Below, one piece after another: positions 60,686-64,000 of a DNA stretch of 64,000 bases. Where the stretch lies: the NCBI GenBank assembly GCA_017610325.1, contig JAFCCF010000002.1, positions 8,999 through 72,998 on the forward strand, written 5' to 3'. Every line of letters begins with the position of its first letter. The stretch's first letter is position 1. Source of the DNA: Candidatus Aminicenantes bacterium. Its GTDB lineage: Archaea > Nanobdellota > Nanobdellia > Woesearchaeales > JAFCCF01. The notes beneath the pieces were generated by a model, which did no database searches, was not told the origin of the DNA, and saw only the letters and a list, made by a program, of their open reading frames with translations. Both the position numbers and the translations under genes were made by a program.

Positions 60686-61242
60686 AATCCGAAATCCGCA
60701 TAATCGGTATTGATGATGCTCCTTTTAACAAGTTCAGGGACAAAAAAACACTTATTGTTGGCACAATCTTCCGCGGCGGACATTTCATGGATGGCCTAGT
60801 TTCTATTCTTATAGATATTGACGGAACAAACAGCACAGTGAGAATAGCTTCTATGGTCAATAAGTGCAAGTTTAAGCCCCAGCTCCAGGCAATAATGTTG
60901 GATGGCATTGCAGTTGGTGGCTTTAATGTGATTGACATAGAAAAACTGTATAAAAAAACAAAGATTCCAGTCATTGTCATAATGAGAAACTATCCCAAAT
61001 TTGAAAGGATAGTTGCAGCACTGAAAAAGATTGGAATGGAGAAAAAGATAAAACTTCTTGAAAGGGCAGGTAAGATTCACAGAGTAGGTAAAATCCATGT
61101 GCAGTTTATAGGCACAACACTTGAAAAAGTTAAGAAAATCCTCAAGATTTCATGCACGCATTCTCATGTGCCAGAACCAATAAGGATAGCGCACCTTATA
61201 GCTGGTGGAATAAAGACCGGAGAGAGCAAGAGAAGGGCTTAA
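60682..61242 (+). CDS. UPF0215/DUF99-family protein (endonuclease-V-like fold)
   Basis: IRIIGIDDAPF...LIVGTIFRGGHFMDGLVSILIDIDGTNST...LQAIMLDGIAVGGFNVIDI. Confidence 0.75.
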   Translation: MKSEIRIIGIDDAPFNKFRDKKTLIVGTIFRGGHFMDGLVSILIDIDGTNSTVRIASMVNKCKFKPQLQAIMLDGIAVGGFNVIDIEKLYKKTKIPVIVIMRNYPKFERIVAALKKIGMEKKIKLLERAGKIHRVGKIHVQFIGTTLEKVKKILKISCTHSHVPEPIRIAHLIAGGIKTGESKRRA

Positions 61243-61245
61243 TTC

Positions 61246-62010
61246 TCAGAAGAATATCAGCTTTATTGCTGAGACAACTACAAATACAATGTAAAACCCT
61301 TTTATCCACGCATTGCCTTTCTTAAGTGCAACATGCGCTCCTGCATATGAGCCAAGGGCCATTGCAGGAAATATCACAGCAGCATAAAGAATATTTACAA
61401 AACCATTTATTGCAAACACAATGATTGCTACAGCGTTGAGAATTGTTAGGGGGATCCTGTTTGTTCCTTTGAACTGTAGGAAGGTTAGTCCAAACAAGCC
61501 AATATAGATGTATGAATAAAATATTCCTGCACCACCACCAAAAAGACCAGACCAGAAAGCAGCAATAAGGAACAATGCATATCCTAATAATCTCTTTTTT
61601 GTGCTGACTATCTTTTTTGCAATACCAGCCCCCTTCTTAAGAAATACAAATGGCAGCATAATCAGGATAATAACACCAACTACCCTTGAAAGAAAATCTG
61701 GATTAGCTCTCACGAGTGTGTTTGAGCCAATAAATGCGCCAATAATACCAATCACAGACAAAGGAATGACAAGATTCCATACAATCTTCTTTGCCTTCCA
61801 GTATTTGTGCAGTGCTCCAAGGCCCATGCCAAATATGCCAATTTTGTTTGTGGCAATTGCAACCTGCGGAGGCAGGCCAAACATAATCATAAACGGAATT
61901 GTAATTAAGCCAGCGCCACCCATGACAGCACCAATAAAGCTAGCTACAAAACCAATACAAGCAATCAGTATCAGCAATAACCATAGCTCCATGCAAGAAA
62001 TTGAACACAT
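61246..62010 (-). CDS. TauE/SafE (DUF81) family anion exporter
   Basis: 8 TM helices with Gly-rich repeats (GAVMGGAGLITIPF, LFGGGAGIFY). The likely true start is MELWLL at 61992. Confidence 0.7.
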   Translation of the reverse strand: MCSISCMELWLLLILIACIGFVASFIGAVMGGAGLITIPFMIMFGLPPQVAIATNKIGIFGMGLGALHKYWKAKKIVWNLVIPLSVIGIIGAFIGSNTLVRANPDFLSRVVGVIILIMLPFVFLKKGAGIAKKIVSTKKRLLGYALFLIAAFWSGLFGGGAGIFYSYIYIGLFGLTFLQFKGTNRIPLTILNAVAIIVFAINGFVNILYAAVIFPAMALGSYAGAHVALKKGNAWIKGFYIVFVVVSAIKLIFF

Positions 62011-62084
62011 AGGGTATTAATATGTTTCGCTGTAGTACAGAATAAGTTCTATCTCCCTGTTGTAACATAAATTGCGGCTACAAA

Positions 62085-62813
62085 TCAATCAAAACCAGCA
62101 TATATCTCCCCGTTTATTATGTGGCTATAAACCTCATTACTGTCTGAAAAATAATATAAAAGCTCAATCTCAATTTTTGCTTTTTTGCTACTTGTTTTTT
62201 GTATACTACAACCATTAATTGTAAATGACTGGCTCATCCCATTCGCTATTCCAAGCTCACCAATGTACTCACATGAAGAGCCGCTTACAGAATCAGTTGC
62301 CTTTAATGATATAACCTTAATTCCCTTACCCATTCCATTTTCAAGCGCTAGTGTAATGCTATCCGGGGTTACTCTATAATCACTACAAACCATTCCAGTT
62401 GAAAATGTGCATCTTTCTGGGACTAATGTATTTGGATTCAATACACCAAAAAATGCAAACGAGCCAATAATTACCAAAGTTACAAATAATCCTCCAAAAG
62501 CTCCGATAATTATGCCTGCAATTGCAAGCCCTTTTCCTTTCTGGGAAGGGTCTTTTTTTATCTGTGATAATGCAATAATTCCAAATATTATTCCAAGAAT
62601 GCCAAACAAGAACCCAAATATCAGGGCAAGTATTGCCATTGTGTTTGTCTTGCCTTCTGTTGATGGCTGGCTACCTTGTTGAGGGTCTGGCTGCTGAGGA
62701 TTTGGCTGAGGGTCATTTGGATAAGAAGATGATTGTTGCTGAGCATAAGGACTAGGGGGCTGTTGTTGAGGATCTTGTTGTTGATAAGGGTCTTGACCAT
62801 TCATATCCATCAC
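62085..62813 (-). CDS. Gln/Pro-rich N-terminus + DUF4190-like double-TM + Cys-containing extracellular domain protein
   Basis: The first ~55 aa are about half Q/P (QQQDPQQQPPSPYAQQQ...). TM region is AILALIFGFLFGILGIIFGIIALSQIKK. The C-terminal domain has paired Cys residues. Confidence 0.55.
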   Translation of the reverse strand: MMDMNGQDPYQQQDPQQQPPSPYAQQQSSSYPNDPQPNPQQPDPQQGSQPSTEGKTNTMAILALIFGFLFGILGIIFGIIALSQIKKDPSQKGKGLAIAGIIIGAFGGLFVTLVIIGSFAFFGVLNPNTLVPERCTFSTGMVCSDYRVTPDSITLALENGMGKGIKVISLKATDSVSGSSCEYIGELGIANGMSQSFTINGCSIQKTSSKKAKIEIELLYYFSDSNEVYSHIINGEIYAGFD

Positions 62814-62994
62814 CAGTATGGATTATTGGGATTATCATATAAATCTCTTTCTGAAAACCCATGCACAAATCCCAACCTAATTGAAGACTTTCCGAAGACC
62901 CCCTTCAAACCCGGACACATTTCAACATTCGTCGCAACAATCCCTTCTTGACTGGGATTCTTTTGTTTTTTCCTGGCAAATCTTTTTTAAAACC

Positions 62995-64000
62995 ATGTTT
63001 TTAATGATGTGGGCAATGAAAAAAATAATCTTATTGCTTATGATGCTGGCATGTACAATGCCAGTTTATGCAAGTGTACAAATTTCTGAAGTGTACTATG
63101 ACCCTATTGCAACAGACAGTGGCGGCGAAGCTGTTGAATTGTATAACCCGCAAAATTATTCAGTTGATATCTCAGGCTATATTATCTCAACTGAGATTTC
63201 TGACAATGATGCTGTTTTGCCAGAAAGTGCTGTTATTGCTGCTCTTGGGTATTACCTTGTAGCAGACTCTGGCTGGTCTTCTAGCAAGGATGATGAAGGC
63301 TGGCCAGATGCTGATTATGAAGAGGCCATTACCCTGACCAACACAGATGCAGGTGTTGCTCTGAAAAATAGCAGTGGTTCTATCATAGATGCTGTTGGCT
63401 GGGGCAATTCCCTGAACATTGAAGCTGGATTATATGAAGATACACCTCACGAAGGTGCAGCGCAGGGCCAGAGCCTGCAAAGACAGCAGGACACAGATGA
63501 CAACAGCGCAGATTTCACAGCAGCACAACCTAATCTAAAAGCAAGCGTGGTTGTAGGTGACACAGAGCTGCAGCTGACAATAAACATAATAAACACCAAC
63601 CCAGACATTGATGGAGTTTCTGTTCTCACAGATGATGACAGCTTAAGCGAGGGTAGTCAGGTCATGCCAAATCCAAACTCCCAGAAAGACATCAAGGTTT
63701 CTGCAATCATGGAATTTCCAGGAGGTTATAATGAAAACTGTACAGCAACAGCAGATTTCAACTCACAGCAGTATGACATGGACCTTACTTGGCAGAATTT
63801 AACACACGCTGTGTTTAATGCAACCCTGGAGCTGCAATATTATGATGTTCCAGGCAATTATACTGTTACGGTCATAGCCACAAATCAGTATGGTGCTGAG
63901 ATAAGTTCAGCAGCAGAGTTTGAGTATCTTACCTTAACTGGAATCGCTCTTGATGCATCACAGTTGTCTTGCAACCTCATCTCTGGTAGCTCCTGTGAGA
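62995..64000 (+). CDS. secreted lamin-tail-domain (LTD) protein, 5' partial (runs off the window)
   Basis: Frame is open from ATG 62995 (also 63004, 63007, 63016) to the window end, so it is absent from the ORF track. Signal peptide is MKKIILLLMMLACTMPVYA (likely start 63016). The LTD signature is ISEVYYDP...GGEAVELYNPQNYSVDISGYII...ITLTNTDAGVALKN. Confidence 0.7.
   Translation, partial: MFLMMWAMKKIILLLMMLACTMPVYASVQISEVYYDPIATDSGGEAVELYNPQNYSVDISGYIISTEISDNDAVLPESAVIAALGYYLVADSGWSSSKDDEGWPDADYEEAITLTNTDAGVALKNSSGSIIDAVGWGNSLNIEAGLYEDTPHEGAAQGQSLQRQQDTDDNSADFTAAQPNLKASVVVGDTELQLTINIINTNPDIDGVSVLTDDDSLSEGSQVMPNPNSQKDIKVSAIMEFPGGYNENCTATADFNSQQYDMDLTWQNLTHAVFNATLELQYYDVPGNYTVTVIATNQYGAEISSAAEFEYLTLTGIALDASQLSCNLISGSSCE

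Overview
Dense, AT-rich chromosomal segment that reads as a small-genome archaeon, DPANN-like by inference only. No database search or computation was possible, so every call rests on motifs read directly from the sequence and ORF track. Archaeal markers include the uS13-uS4-uS11-RpoD-eL18-uL13-uS9-RpoN operon, uS2, topoisomerase VI A/B, archaeal DnaG, RadB, aMBF1, NAC, Sec61beta and an RNase P RNA. BHB-type tRNA introns and TATA boxes about 25-32 nt upstream of many start codons or RNA 5' ends fit the same picture. Clearly bacterial-type genes are mixed in: GyrA, LeuRS, TGT plus YhhQ, ScpB and a parvulin PPIase. There are about 80 protein genes, mostly overlapping or under 60 bp apart. There are four tRNAs (His, Leu and Arg carry introns; the Arg intron sits in the T arm) and one small rve/DDE insertion sequence with 25-bp IRs and a 15-bp target duplication. 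Best candidates for something undescribed, in order: (1) The 3.9-14.2 kb envelope-glycosylation island has four GT-C paralogues, a processive GT2 and a UbiA enzyme of the decaprenyl-phosphate phosphoribosyltransferase type, suggesting polyprenyl-phospho-pentose-fed glycosylation. (2) A divergent YhhQ / bacterial-type TGT pair suggests 7-deazaguanine salvage in an archaeal genome. (3) A translationally coupled four-gene MinD-type ATPase operon carries two paralogous helical proteins of unknown family. (4) A HerA/DUF87-like ATPase is coupled to an unknown 112-aa partner. (5) A 745-aa secreted C39-like peptidase/FN3 protein carries near-identical 111-bp Cys-rich repeats. Other oddities: 46 consecutive Asn codons at the GyrA C-terminus and a KPKE-repeat tail on uS4. 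The aMBF1 zinc ribbon starts upstream of any ATG/GTG/TTG. An 18-bp copy of the tRNA-His 3' end lies 91 bp from the gene. A conserved 34-bp palindrome occurs twice, and there are several unassigned GC-rich structured intergenic segments.
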